A stretch of DNA of 64,000 nucleotides, taken from the NCBI GenBank assembly GCA_964016885.1, contig OZ024764.1:26970001-27034000 (forward strand). Reading direction: 5' to 3'. Both the position numbers and the translations under genes were made by a program. This stretch comes from Eledone cirrhosa (lineage: Eukaryota). The notes under the pieces were generated by a model. That model was not told where the DNA came from. It did no database searches and saw only the letters and a list, made by a program, of their open reading frames with translations. This document shows positions 50,761-64,000 of the stretch, in pieces. Every line of letters starts with the position of its first letter. Position 1 is the stretch's first letter.

Positions 50761-53115
50761 ATGCAAATAGACTTAGAATGGAAAACATTCAGACAGAGAA
50801 GAATGGATAATGAGCGTCATAAGAGAAATTGGCCAACAATTAATATTAATGGAAATCTAGAAGAATTTCATATTAGTGATATGAATGTTTCGTGTGATCA
50901 CTGTGAAGCTTTGAAATTTAGAAATGAAAATTGTAACTGTTGTAATAAAGGAAAGGTTGTGTTGCCTCCATTGCAAATATACCCCGAGAGACTGAGAAAT
51001 CTCTTTGAAAGAGGCCAGGAAGCAGTTGATTTCACAGAAACATCTGCAATTAAAACTACATTTATTTCACTTCATTTGGTGTTACCACCCGGCAGAGGCC
51101 CGTATAGCTTTCATATTCAGGGTCAAACATATCACTACACCCCCACCTCTGTAACCTGCAGAAAATACACCACAATATGGCCAGTTATATATTATTGATG
51201 GGAACGAAGGTGTGTAGCACAGATTGGAAGTACAACCAAATAATTGTTTCTGGCACAAGGCCAGCAATTACTGGTACTTTATTCTATCGACCTAATAAGG
51301 ATGAAAACAAAGTCAACCTTGGAGGGATTTGAACCCAGAACGTAAAGGGCCATAACCCTATGCTGCAAAGCATGGTGTCTGACGCTCTACCGATACTGCC
51401 AATCCACCGCCCTAGTACCAACAAATAATGACTGCTCACCACAAAAAATGGCTATGATAAGAGAGGTGTTGCATGAATGTTATCCATATGTCGAAGTGTA
51501 CAATACAATGCATGGCATCAAACAGCAAAGTGCAAGAAGAGAAAATTGTCGTGTACAGAACTGTGAATTAAGATTTAGAAGAGGATCAGATATGAGCTGC
51601 TATAATTTACCAACTAGTAATGATAGCTGTTGTTTTGTGGGGTTTGAGGGCAGACCACCTGTACAAAGAGATATTATCATCTTTCCTAAAGACCATTCTC
51701 CTCAGAAAATATCACATAATTCATGCCACTTGGACCTCATGACTGACCCATAATGGTGAATTTTGGTGGCATAGTGACATGGAGAGGAATGCAGGACCTG
51801 TGTTTGCAATAGACTGACAATGCAGGAGTATTACATATACAGTATAGCATATAGAGGAGGATTTAGTGTGATATATAGGGCAGGTAAATTATTTTAGCAG
51901 TATTTAGTGGATGCCTATATGAAAGTAGAGGGATGCAGGCTTCTATATTTGAGGAACAATCAAGCCCAATTGTGAGTGGATGAGTATAATGGTTTAATGA
52001 ATTATCTAAACAGATGATAACACTGAGCCTTAAAAAATGAAGACAAGATAAGAAACAGAGAAGACATTGACAGAATCGTGTCAGCAGAAATACCTGCATT
52101 GGAAGATGATCCAGTACTACATGAGCAGGTTTAAAAGTTTATGATCCACAGGCCATGTGGTTCTGGAAACCCTTTTCCCCCATTTATACAAAATGGATTT
52201 TTCCAAAAGAACTATCCAAAAACCTACAGAAGGGAAACATTATTGAACCTAAATGGATACCCAGAGTACAGGAGGTGCAAGACAGGAACTGCAGTGTAAA
52301 TTGGATGACATTCAGTAGATAACAGGAATGTTATGCCATTTAATGCCTTTTTGATTAAGAAATATTGTGCACATATTAATGTTGAAGTTTGCGCTTCTGT
52401 AAAAAGTGTCAAGTACCTCTTTAAATATGTTACATGGGGCATGATTGTACATCTATAGAAGTAACGAATAATGCATTACCTAATGAGGCTCAGAACCAAC
52501 ACAACCATGATGAAATAAGAACCTATCTTTGTTGCAGGTATGTGTCTCAGCCAGAAGCAGTGTCGTGTCTCTCGGAATTTAAGCTTCATGGTACATCACA
52601 TACAGTATACAGCCTAGTCACACACCTGGAGAACAAACAGAGTTTACTTTCAAAGAGGCAATGCTCAGGTTGTGGTAGAAATGCAGGGACCCTTGCTGCC
52701 TGGTTCAAGCTAAATGAACTTGCTTACACCTTCTGGGATGCCGCCTCACAAACTCCAATTATAAGCAGGATCAATAATAATGCTTCTATGGAATATTTCA
52801 ATCCAGAACAGATTATGTAATGGCACAAGATTAGAAGTAGTAGAACTGCATAAACATTTTATCAAAGCTTCTCATATCTATGGTCCTTTGATGGGCAGGT
52901 GTGTTTTGATCCCAAGACTGAAGTTATCCCCCAGTGGTGCCAACATCCCTTTTACTTTGGAAAGACCCCAGTTTCCATTAAGACTGTCATATGCCATGAC
53001 AATCAACAAGAACCATGGTCAAATACATGATAAAGTGGGTCTGTTCCTCCCTGAGCAAGTATTTAACCCTGGACAATTGTATGTTGCTTTTTCAAGAGTT
53101 CACAGACAGATGTAA
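50761..53115 (+). pseudogene. Most complete copy of the internally deleted Helitron RepHel
   Basis: ZnF ORF 50761-51198, SINE ~51250-51412, ORF 51448-51753 (YNLPTS..PPVQRDIII..HLD.MT), KYLFKYV, helicase C-terminus 52780-53115. Confidence 0.92.
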
Positions 53116-53686
53116 AAATTAATCCTAGCAAACCCCCACCACTCCTACAACTGTTAGCTGTTAGCCCACCCCAGCACCACCCAACCTCCGTTCTAGTCCC
53201 ACCGTTAGAACCAATGCTGCTTACCCTGCCTCTTTTACTAGTTCACTCCGTCGCTCGAATTTCAAAGCTGGCCCTCTACACTTGGTCGTTGCCAGCTCAC
53301 CACCTGGTTGTGCTCTCTGTGTCCGCACTAGCCGGTACCTAAACACAATAAAATGTCACCTGTGCTACCAAAACTACCACAGGAACTCTGTCGGCATCAG
53401 CAAGGCTCAAGCCGAAAGGCTTCAATACTAGACCTGTAATCAGGGCCACTTTACCTCCGACGACCAGCTTTCTACCGAGTGTGTGTTGATGGAGGGGACA
53501 TGAGACCAGCAAAGTCCTAGGAGTAGAGACTAGTAAATAATAAACGGTCCTAGCTATGTTAAGAATATATATAAGAAAAATGTTCTATACATTTAAGAAG
53601 ACAAGAGAAATAAATATTTACCTCTTTCATGTAGGTAATATAGCGGTGTTATAAAAGTATAATAACTGATGCAGGTAGTTTGTTTC

Positions 53687-54163
53687 AAACTATAACACAT
53701 ATAACTCTATCAGTGAAGCCCTTTAGTATAGGTCAACTAGGAAACTATAACACATATAACCCTATCAGTGAAGTCCTTTAGTATAGGTCAACTGGGAAAC
53801 GATAACACATATAACCCTATCAGTGAAGTCCTTTAGTATAGGTCAACTGGGAAACTATAACACATATAACCCTATCAGTGAAGTCCTTTAGTATAGGTCA
53901 ACTGGGAAACTATAACACATATAACCCTATCAGTGAAGCCCTCTGGGAAACTATAACACATATAACTCTATCAGTGAAGCCCTTTAGTATAGGTCAACTG
54001 GGAAACTATAACACATATAACCCTATCAGTGAAGTCCTTTAGTATAGGTCAACTGGGAAACTATAACACATATAACCCTATCAGTGAAGTCCTTTAGTAT
54101 AGGTCAACTGGGAAATTATAACACATATAACCCTATCAGTGAAGTCCTTTAGTATAGGTCAAC
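53687..54163 (+). repeat. 55-bp minisatellite, 9 copies (one truncated)
   Basis: Same monomer as 2724-2885. Confidence 0.93.
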
Positions 54164-55514
54164 TAACAGAAGTATTAAGGTGGGCTCGATTGTGGCCCGC
54201 GGGCCGCCTGTTGCACGCCCCTCCTTTAGACAGAATATCTATCACAGTTAAGTAATACTGTGATCTGTCGGCCAACTACATTTTCCAGCCTGAGGCGTTT
54301 GGGGGAGTCGGGATACTGACTGCGAGATTCCTATCTTCACTGGCGGCTAGCCTGACGAAGGTGACTGGTGAAGCTCGTGAGGGCACTTGGTTGTTCCAGC
54401 TCCTCAGCCTCGCCATCGCCCGAGGTAACGCTGCAGACGTGCTGGCTTGCCTAAAAAATCATTAGAGAGGTTTCCCAGTGCTCCTCGCGATACTGTTATC
54501 TTTTGCTCTAGTAGCAGCTCGTTTGTCCACCCCTTTCGCCTGCCTTTGGTTGTATGTCGTCCTAGATGTGTGTATTACCTGCTTGTGTGTTGTATGTGGT
54601 CCTAGATGTGTGTATTACCTGCTTATGTGGTCCTAGATGTATGTATTACCTGCTGGTGTGTTGTATGTGGTCCCAGATGTGTGCATTACCTGTTTTTGTG
54701 TTGTATGTGGTCCCAAATGTGTGTGCTACCCGCTTCTGTGATTTGTTTTGTTCCTTCTTTCTCTCTTCCGAGAAACAATCCTGTATTTTTTTAATCTATT
54801 CCATGCGTTAAGTAATTAGCAGCAACAACAAACTGATTTTCAGTTGTAAAAAGAATCTTTAAACCTTCACCATTTACATTAACACATACCATACGTTGTC
54901 CCAGCCACAAATAAACAGTAAAAAAAACTTACTTTGCGGTTAAATTCTTCACAATTAAAAGAAAAATATTTCTAACACGTTTCTAGACAACACCAAGTTT
55001 ACACCTTCAATATCCGGTAAAAGTAAAAACAAATTCTGGAGACATTTAACGAAACGAAACTATGTAAAGAAAAACGAAAATTAAACGAAGACAAGTAGTA
55101 AATTTTAATTTTTATTAAATAAAATACCAGTAATTCACTGCAGTAGATTTAATCAACTTTACTCTCTCTGCACGAAAGAAGAAAAAAATTCCTGACTTAG
55201 TGCTTAATATATAGAGAGGGGGAGAGTTTGGTGTTACTTCATATAGAGAGGGGTATTGGAAGAGAGTGCCGTGTAGTAGATATAGAGAGGGAGAGAGTGT
55301 GTGCTAATTGATATAAAGAGGGGGATTTGCACACCCCCCCGCCGCCTAGAAAAGTTCTGAAATGCTTCGACCTCCCTGTACATATATATATATATATAGT
55401 ATACACACACAGACATATATATGTATATATTATATATATAGTAAATAAATGTGTGTGTGTATCAGTGGTCGCCAAACTTTTCTGTTCCACACCCCTCCTC
55501 TAAAATATGTTTAT

Positions 55515-56634
55515 GTTCCCCTTTAATATAAAAACAATCCGAGTATTCTGAAAGTATTATTACTGTAATATAAAGTAGAAACCCTTTATTTAAACAAAGC
55601 TACGATGCAGCGATGATCAAAACAAACTTCTCGTAGGTGCTGCCAAGCGGGGAAAAGTGGATGTATAATGATGATGATATATATATATATGCCCCACCCT
55701 TGCAAACAGGGAAAAGCAGACGTAAAATGAAAATGATGATATATATATAGATAGATAGATATGTATTTATACTTATACGTCATGGTGGCTACAGGTGCCA
55801 AGAGGAAGAAGCCGGTCAAATCCTCTGATATTTGTTTATCTTCCTTTCCTTTGTATATATATATATAGTATGTGTGTATGAAGATGTATGACCCCCTAGC
55901 AAGCCAAACTACAGTTACTCCCCAACATGGAGAGCAAATTAAAACATTACCTGTTAGAGAGGAACGTGAAATGAATTGTTAGTGAACTACCGGTGTCACA
56001 GTAATTATGTTACCGGTGTAACTATTTCTGTTTACCTTATTTTTAAATGACACTCCTATATTAGTTTAGTGACCTTTCAATTCAAATAAATTCTTGATGA
56101 TGATTGAACTCGCATCGGAGTAGCCCAACGCCTTGGCCTCCGCGTGTGTGAGCCACATAAATGCTCTCAACGACATAGTGAGAAGAAGCCTGGACGCAGC
56201 TGAATTTCCATCTCAACTGGAGCCAGCAGGCCTAGGCCGCGGAGATGGCAAGCACCGCGAGGGAATCACCCTCTTCCCATTCGAAGGAGGTAGATCCACA
56301 AACCCCAGCATCGCTGCCCGTCTCGCAGATGAACATAAAATAAACAAATTCCGGTGTTTGTCCTGGAGCCTCTTCTAAGCACCAGCCGCCGTCGAGACCC
56401 CGGGCCAACTTGGACCCATTACAGCCGAGCTCCTCCGCAACATCGCAGTGTCTGTGGCCCGTCTGAGGATGGAGTCCCACGAGGTTGGATGCCTGTTGCA
56501 GCAGGTGTCACTGTCCTTACATATATATACGTAAATGTTCCCTTGACTGCTATTTCTAGCATATATTAATAGACACTTTAGAAACAGCAGCTAAAAATCA
56601 AGAAACAACAGTGTGTGTCTGTATATATATACAC

Positions 56635-56666
<32 letters not shown>

Positions 56667-56751
56667 CAGCCAAAGACACGCACACACGAACATACACATA
56701 CACACAGGTGTATGTCTGCGTGTATGTATATATATGTGTGTGTCTTTTCGT

Positions 56752-56832
<81 letters not shown>

Positions 56833-57449
56833 GTCAGTGATCCCCCTCGCAACCTTTAATTAAACAAACCTGCGATGAGGCGATGATCAAAATAAACACC
56901 AAAGTATAAACAAACAGCCCATAGGTGCTGCCGGATACACGATAACATGTGTAGACGAAGTAAAACTTTTATTACTGTAATATAAAGTAGAAACCCTATA
57001 TTTAAACAAAGCTGCGATGCAGCGATGATCAAAACAAACTTCAAATAACATGTGTATACGAAGTGTATCTGGAAGCTTGGTCGTATTATATGACTTTCAA
57101 ATTGACCCCTATTATATTCAAATTATCCCCTGTGGGGCGTGCACCCCACGTTGAGAATCCCTCATAAATAAAAATATGTGAGTGTGTTGCTATGACTGCT
57201 ATTTCTAGCAGGTTTACTGCAGTCCTGTAGACGCACAACAAAAACCGGAAGTGGCAGCCATTAAAAAACTTTGGCTTAAAATCAGCCAAAAGATTTTCAA
57301 TAATAGTAAAATTTTATTTTTGACAAGGACGATAACTTTTGTCTTACTTAATCGCATAAATCGAGGCAAAAATTTTGCGGGTGTGCAGTTTACACGCTAA
57401 AATAAACCTGCTAGAAATAGCAGTTATAGCAACTCACATATATTTATAT

Positions 57450-57483
<34 letters not shown>

Positions 57484-57892
57484 CCAAACACACACCCTTA
57501 TATATGTACGTGTGTGTGTGTTGACCGCTATATATATATATAGCAGCCAAACACATACACAGACACACATATATATATATACATGTGTGTGTATATGTGT
57601 GTGTCCTCCTCTCGTCTATGGCTGTTATTTTTACATTGTCCTTTTTGTTATTTTTCTCGGGATTTGCCCGGATTCGAACATGCGACCACCTATTTACAAT
57701 ATAGAATCTTTACAGCTTTACTGACTTTTAAGTAATCCAAGTTGTAACCCCGGATTTAGTAGTGTTTAATTTATTTTGAAGTATTTTATTATTGGCCTTA
57801 GTTAGACGATCGTCCAAGACCATGCTGGGGCATATATATATATATGTATATATATGTGTGTGTGTGTGTGTATGCTGGGGCATATATATATA

Positions 57893-57946
<54 letters not shown>

Positions 57947-58633
57947 CTAGGGCATATATATATATATGTGTGTGTGTATATATATATATATATGTGTGTG
58001 TCCTTTCTGTTATTCGCTGCTATTTCTAAAGTGTCAATATATATATCATATATATATATATATGATATATAAATATATGTAAGTGAGTTGCTATGACTGC
58101 TATTTCTAGCAGGTTTATTTTTAGCGTGTAAACTGCACACCCTCAAAATTTTTGCCTCGATTTTTGCGATTAAGTAAGACAAAAGTTATCGTCCTTGTCA
58201 AAAATAAAATTTTACTATTATTGAAAATCTTTTGGCTGATTTTAAGCCAAAGTTTTTTAATGGCTGCCACTTCCGGTTTTTGTTGTGCGTCTACAGGACT
58301 GCAGTAAACCTGCTAGAAATAGCAGTCATAGCAACACACTCACATATATTTATTTATGAGGGATTCTCAACGTGGGGTGCACGCCCCACAGCGGATAATT
58401 TGAATATAATAGGGGTCAATTTGAAAGTCATATAATACGACCCAACTCCCTGTTACACTTCGTATACACATGTTAGCGTGTATCTGGCAGCACCTGCGAG
58501 AAGTTTGTTTACATTTTGGGGTTTGCTTTGATGATCGCTGCATCGCAGCTTTGTTTAAATAAAGGGTTTCTACTTTATATTACAGTAATAACACTTTTAC
58601 AAGACTCGGATTGTTTTTATATTAAAGGGGACA
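55515..58633. mobile_element. Second copy of the foldback element, with different inner arms and a longer spacer
   Basis: ~56970-57460 is the reverse complement of ~58060-58592; spacer contains GGATTCGAACATGCGACCACC (B box on the minus strand) and microsatellites. Confidence 0.8.
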
Positions 58634-60790
58634 TGTTTTTTAAACTCTGAACTCAGCATCTTTCTGTTGTTCTCCGGGATTCTAGCAAAGTATAAAAATA
58701 TATATATATATATAGCTGGCAGTCAACCTCAGACTCGAAAAAGCCGCCGCTAATCGTGATCGTTGGGGTTATAATTAGACTAAAAGTGCTTCCACTGGGC
58801 ACCATTAGCTGATTGTGATCATTGGAGAATTCTTTCTGCGCTGAAAGAGCCTAGGACTAAAAGATATATATATAGATGTCGAAACGGCAGTAGCACAGCC
58901 GTTGGGGTCCTGAATATTTTCACATCTATATATGTGTGTGTATTCTGCGACATTTATAATTACATAAGCAAGCATATTTGAATAACAAAATTTGAGGTTT
59001 AAATACTTTATTTTTTACCAATAACATAGAGAAAGGCATGAACAACACCACATGTTAATTACTTTAATATTGAAAGTAGGGTTATAAAGATTAAAAAAGC
59101 AGATTTTTTAATCTTTCATGGTGGTCTGGTGGGTGATACCAGAGATGGTGGTAGTCCTGGTTTCGGTTTCAATCCCGGTCATGGGTTACATATAAGGTCT
59201 CATTTTTTTTTTTCTTTCTTTCAGTTTTCTTCTTATCTCTAGATATAAATATATATACATAAGGTAATTTGGTAGAATTGTTAGAACATCAGATAGAATT
59301 CTTTGCAGTATTTTTCCAGTTCTTTACTCTGAGTTCAACTTTACCTTTCTTCCATTCGGTGTCGATAAGTCTTGAATATGTCTAACGTAGCAATAATTGG
59401 AGCTACTTAACCAAGTTTTCCCAACCTAGTCGATGTCACCTACTGGTTGGCGATTTAAACTGTTGGCTGGGACAATGACCAACTAATCAGTCAGATTCGA
59501 ACTCACTATGTCTGGCATATATTTTATATTTTATATTTGAATGACGTTCTGTAAGTAACCTGGTGGCTTAGATGGCAATACTGCTCGAATAGATGGCTTC
59601 TATTATGAAGTTATAAGTTCATTCCCTATCCAGGATTGTAGAATTAATTTTATTTAGTTATTATTTAATCAATTGTTTTAACAAACAAATTATATCTATA
59701 AAACGCCAAATATAGTGAGTTCAAATCTGACTGACATGCATGGTATATATTTATGTTTCATTATACAACGACACAATACACAGGAACTTATAAAGATATG
59801 TATATATTGTCCAGGAGTTTCGAGTTTAGTGGGAATTGGTACAACTCTCAATTGGAGCTAGTTCCTGCAAGATCAGCATAAATAATGTTATACCTTTTCA
59901 TGAAATCTTGCACACCCGATGTTTTATACATGATTATTTAAAGGTGAACAAAAACCAAAGAACATTGTGCAGCATTTCTCAACCTTTCTACCCATGTCGA
60001 TCTCTTGAAATAGTTTTTATGTCTCAGGGATGCCCTGCATAAAATATACTTTTTCTATCTCTAGAGCAGTGGTTCCCAAATCGTGTGCTGCGAGATGAAA
60101 CAAGATGAGCTGCAAAAGACTAAGATTAAGTTTTAAGATGTGAAAAATATAAAACTGAAATTTCATATAAAAGTTCAAATATAGCTACAGCCACAAACCT
60201 AGGCTCCACACCCCGCAATGCAAAGGATAGTAAGATAGTACCAAGGCCTGACTCACCTCTTCCACTCCATTGAGACCTCTGCCATACTTGGTCCCTGTAC
60301 TGCTGATTTCCTCCATAAAGTCGGGAGGAAAGACGACAGGAGCCTCATGAGGAGGGGCGACTATTGTAGCAGGTGTCTCTGGCCTTGCTCCGAGGTAACG
60401 CTTTTACGTTTCTTCCACAGGTTGCGGCTGAGGGACCACTTAGACTGGGGTGAAGTGTCTGTCCCTCCCCCGACTTCTTACTTCTTTTTTTTTCTCATTT
60501 TCATTTTCTTTTCTCTTCTTGCTTATCTCTGCTATACCACGGCATCAAAAACATATATGATATGTGTATGTATGGTATAGGTGTATTTATATTTAGGATA
60601 GTTATCAAAGGTAAATAGACTGGTTGAAGCAATAACAGTCTTGTTTATGTATATACACACATATATATATATATATATATATATCTGTTTGTTCTTGTAT
60701 TTCCATAGAAAAGGTAAAGAAAAGAAGAATGCTCTATGTATTGTACAGAGCTATTTAATTACATAATAAACAACAGAATATAATTATTCC

Positions 60791-61042
60791 ATGCAAATAG
60801 ACTTAGACTGGAAAACATTCAGACAGAGAAGAATGGATAATGAGCGTCGTAAGAGAAATTGGCCAACAATTAATATTAATGGAAATGTAGAAGGATTTCA
60901 TATTAGTGATATGAATGTTTCGTGTGATCACTGTGGAGCTTTGAAATTTAGAAATGAAAATTGTAACTGTTGTAATAAAGGAAAGGTTGTGTTGCCACCA
61001 TTGCAAATATACCCTGAGAGACTGAGAAATCTCTTTGAAAGA
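60791..61042 (+). pseudogene. Helitron 5' fragment truncated by the same snap-back hairpin
   Basis: ORF 60791-61081; hairpin 61007-61067. Confidence 0.85.
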
Positions 61043-61063
61043 GATTTCTCAGTCTCTCAGGGT

Positions 61064-61686
61064 ATATATTCCCGCCGTTGAAATAAAAATTTTAATAGAA
61101 AAACGGCGGGAATATATGTTACAACCCAATCTATATATATTTAGGTTGTAACATATATTCCCGCCGTTGAAATAAAAATTTTAATAGAAAAACGGCGGGA
61201 ATATATGTTACAGCCCAATCTATATATATTTGGGTTTTAACATATATTCCCGCCGTTGAAATAAACATTTTAATAGAAAAACGGCGGGAATATATGTTAC
61301 AACCCAATCTACATATATTTGGGTTGTAACATATATTCCCGCCGTTGAAATAAAAATTTTAATAGAAAAACGGCGGGAATATATGTTACAACCCAATCTA
61401 CATATATTTGGGTTGTAACATATATTCCCGCCGTTGAAATTTAAATTTTAACATAAAAACGGCGGGAATATATATTACAACCCAAACATATATAGGTTGG
61501 GTTGTAACATATATTCCCGCCGTTTTTCTATTAAAATTTTTATTTCAACGGCGGGAATATATGTTACAACTCAAATATATATAGATTGGGTTGTAACATA
61601 TATTCCCGCCGTTTTTCTATTAAAATTTTTATTTCACCGGCAGGAATATGTTACAACCCAAATATATATATATTGAGTTGTAACAT
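61064..61686. repeat. 89-bp palindromic array, second copy (5 forward and 2 inverted units)
   Basis: Same monomer as 9461-10260. Confidence 0.93.
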
Positions 61687-63145
61687 GGGTTACATATAAG
61701 GTCTCATTTTTTTTCTTTTCTTTCTTTCAGTTTTCTTCTTATCTCTAGATATAAATATATATACATAAGGTAATTTGGTAGAATTGTTAGAACATCAGAT
61801 AGAATTCTTTGCAGTATTTTTCCAGTTCTTTACTCTGAGTTCAACTTTACCTTTCTTCCATTCAGTGTCGATAAGTCTTGAATATGTCTAACGTAGCAAT
61901 AACTGGAGCTACTTAACCAAGTTTTCCCAACCTAGTCGATGTCACCTACTGGTTGGCGATTTAAACTGTTGGCTGCGACAATGACCAACTAATCAGTCAG
62001 ATTCGAACTCACTATGTCTGGCATATATTTTATATTTTATATTTGAATGAAGTTCTGTAAGTAACCTGGTGGCTTAGATGGCAATACTGCTCGAATAGAT
62101 GGCTTCTAGTTCATTCCCTATCCAGGATTGTAGAATTAATTTTATTTAGTTATTATTTAATCAATTGTTTTAACAAACAAATTATATCTATAAAACGCCA
62201 AATATAGTGAGTTCAAATCTGACTGACATGCATGGTATATATTTATGTTTCATTATACAGCGACACAATACACAGGAACTTATAAAGATATGTATATATT
62301 GTCCAGGAGTTTCGAGTTTAGTGGGAATTGGTACAACTCTCAGTTGGAGCTAGTCCCTGCAAGATCAGCATAAATAATGTTATACCTTTTCATGAAATCT
62401 TGCACACCCGATATTTTATACATGATTATTTAAAGGTGAACAAAAACCAAAGAACATTGTGCAGCATTCTCAACCTTTCTACCCATGTCGATCTCTTGAA
62501 ATAGTTTTTATGTCTCAGGGAAGCCCTGCATAAAATATACTTTTTCTATCTCTAGAGCAGTGGTTCCCAAATCGTGTGCTGAGAGATGAAACAAGATGAG
62601 CTGCAAAAGACTAAGATTAAGTTTTATGATGTGAAAAATATAAAACTGAAATTTCATATAAAAGTTCAAATATAGCTACAGCCACAAACCTAGGCTCCAC
62701 ACCCCGCAATGCAGAGGATAGTAAGATAGTACCAAGGCCTGACTCACCTCTTCCACTCCATTGAGACCTCTGCCATACTTGGTCCCTGTACTGCTGATTT
62801 CCTCCATAAAGTCGGGAGGAAAGACGACAGGAGCTTCATGAGGAGGGGCGACTATTGTAGCAGGTGTCTCTGGCCTTGCTCTGAGGTAACGCTTTTACGT
62901 TTCTTCCACAGGTTGCGGCTGAGGGACCACTTAGACTGGGGTGAAGTGTCTGTCCCTCCCCCGACTTCTTACTTCTTTTTTTTTCTCATTTTCATTTTCT
63001 TTTCTCTTCTTGCTTATCTCTGCTATACCACGGCATCAAAAACATATATGATATATGTATGTATGGTATAGGTGTATTTATATTTAGGATAGTTATCAAA
63101 GGTAAATAGACTGGTTGGAGCAATAACAGTCTTGTTTATGTATGT

Positions 63146-63179
<34 letters not shown>

Positions 63180-63283
63180 GTTTGTTCTTGTATTTCCATA
63201 GAAAAGGTAAAGAAAAGAAGAATGCTCTATGTATTGTACAGAGCTATTTAATTACATAATAAACAACAGAATATAATTATTCC

Positions 63284-64000
63284 ATGCAAATAGACTTAGA
63301 ATGGAAAACATTCAGACAGAGAAGAATGGATAATGAGCGTCGTAAGAGAAATTGGCCAACAATTAATATTAATGGAAATGTAGAAGAATTTCATATTAGT
63401 GATATGAATGTTTCGTGTGATCACTGTGGAGCTTTGAAATTTAGAAATGAAAATTGTAACTGTTGTAATAAAGGAAAGGTTGTGTTGCCACCATTGCAAA
63501 TATACCCTGAGAGACTGAGAAATCTCTTTGAAAGAGGCCAGGAAGCAGTTGATTTCACAGAAACATCTGCAATTAAAACTACATTTATTTCACTTCATTT
63601 GGTGTTACCACCCGGCAGAGGCCCGTATAGATTTCATATTCAGGGTCAAACATATCAATACACACCCATCTCTGTAACCTGCAGAAAATACACCACAATA
63701 TGGCCAGTTATATATTATTGATGGGAACGAAGGTGTGTAGCACAGATTGGAAGTACAACCAAATAATTGTTTCTGGCACAAGGCCAGCAATTACTGGTAC
63801 TTTATTCTATCGACCTCATAAGGATGAAAACAAAGTCAACCTTAGAGGGATTTGAACCCAGAACGTAAAGGGCCATAACCCTATGCTGCAAAGCATGGTG
63901 TCTGACGCTCTACCGATACTGCCAATCCACTGCCCTAGTCCCAACAAATAATGACTGCTCACCACAAAAAATGGCTATGATAAGAGAGGTGTTGCATGAA
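63284..64000 (+). pseudogene. Helitron 5' part running off the window end, with SINE at ~63773-63935
   Basis: ORF 63284-63721 is near-identical to 50761-51198. Confidence 0.9.

Larger units (their letters stand above)
51518..64000 (+). repeat. Segmental duplication of 553-12547
   Basis: Same module order and near-identical ORFs (1816/52780, 3348/54566, 4892/56133, 6607/58232, 8221/59836, 11427/62838). Confidence 0.96.

Noticed and set aside
57659-57730. tRNA gene on the minus strand
   Set aside because: Only a T-arm/B-box-like segment is visible and I cannot fold a cloverleaf; more likely SINE debris (same for 44670-44750)

Overview
Eukaryotic, gene-free, repeat-only DNA, most likely from an octopod cephalopod. 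That assignment is inferred from tRNA-derived SINEs with the GGTCGATA(G/A)AATAAAGTACCAG tail, TAGAAATAGCAG-type MITE motifs, RTE LINE tails and dense TA/GA microsatellites. I see no intact host gene. The window is a mosaic of near-identical modules: an internally deleted Helitron RepHel pseudogene (7 full or partial copies), CRE-like and RTE LINE remnants, SINEs, hAT/piggyBac ends and a foldback element. A ~12 kb segmental duplication pairs 553-12547 with 51518-64000. The dominant feature is a ~28 kb composite satellite at 13520-41412, in which GA-rich blocks built on GAGATGAAAC(GA)n alternate with arrays of a 46-bp monomer. Its left part has a ~4.9 kb three-subunit higher-order repeat, and it switches strand at ~31727. 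The most unusual pattern recurs at two scales: a satellite block with an internal strand switch interrupts the Helitron 5' region, and the sequence then resumes upstream, giving a direct duplication (~0.9 kb and ~1.9 kb). The smaller case starts with a perfect 30-bp snap-back hairpin and consists of an 89-bp dumbbell-shaped monomer. Nearly all long ORFs in the ORF track are low-complexity translations of the satellite.
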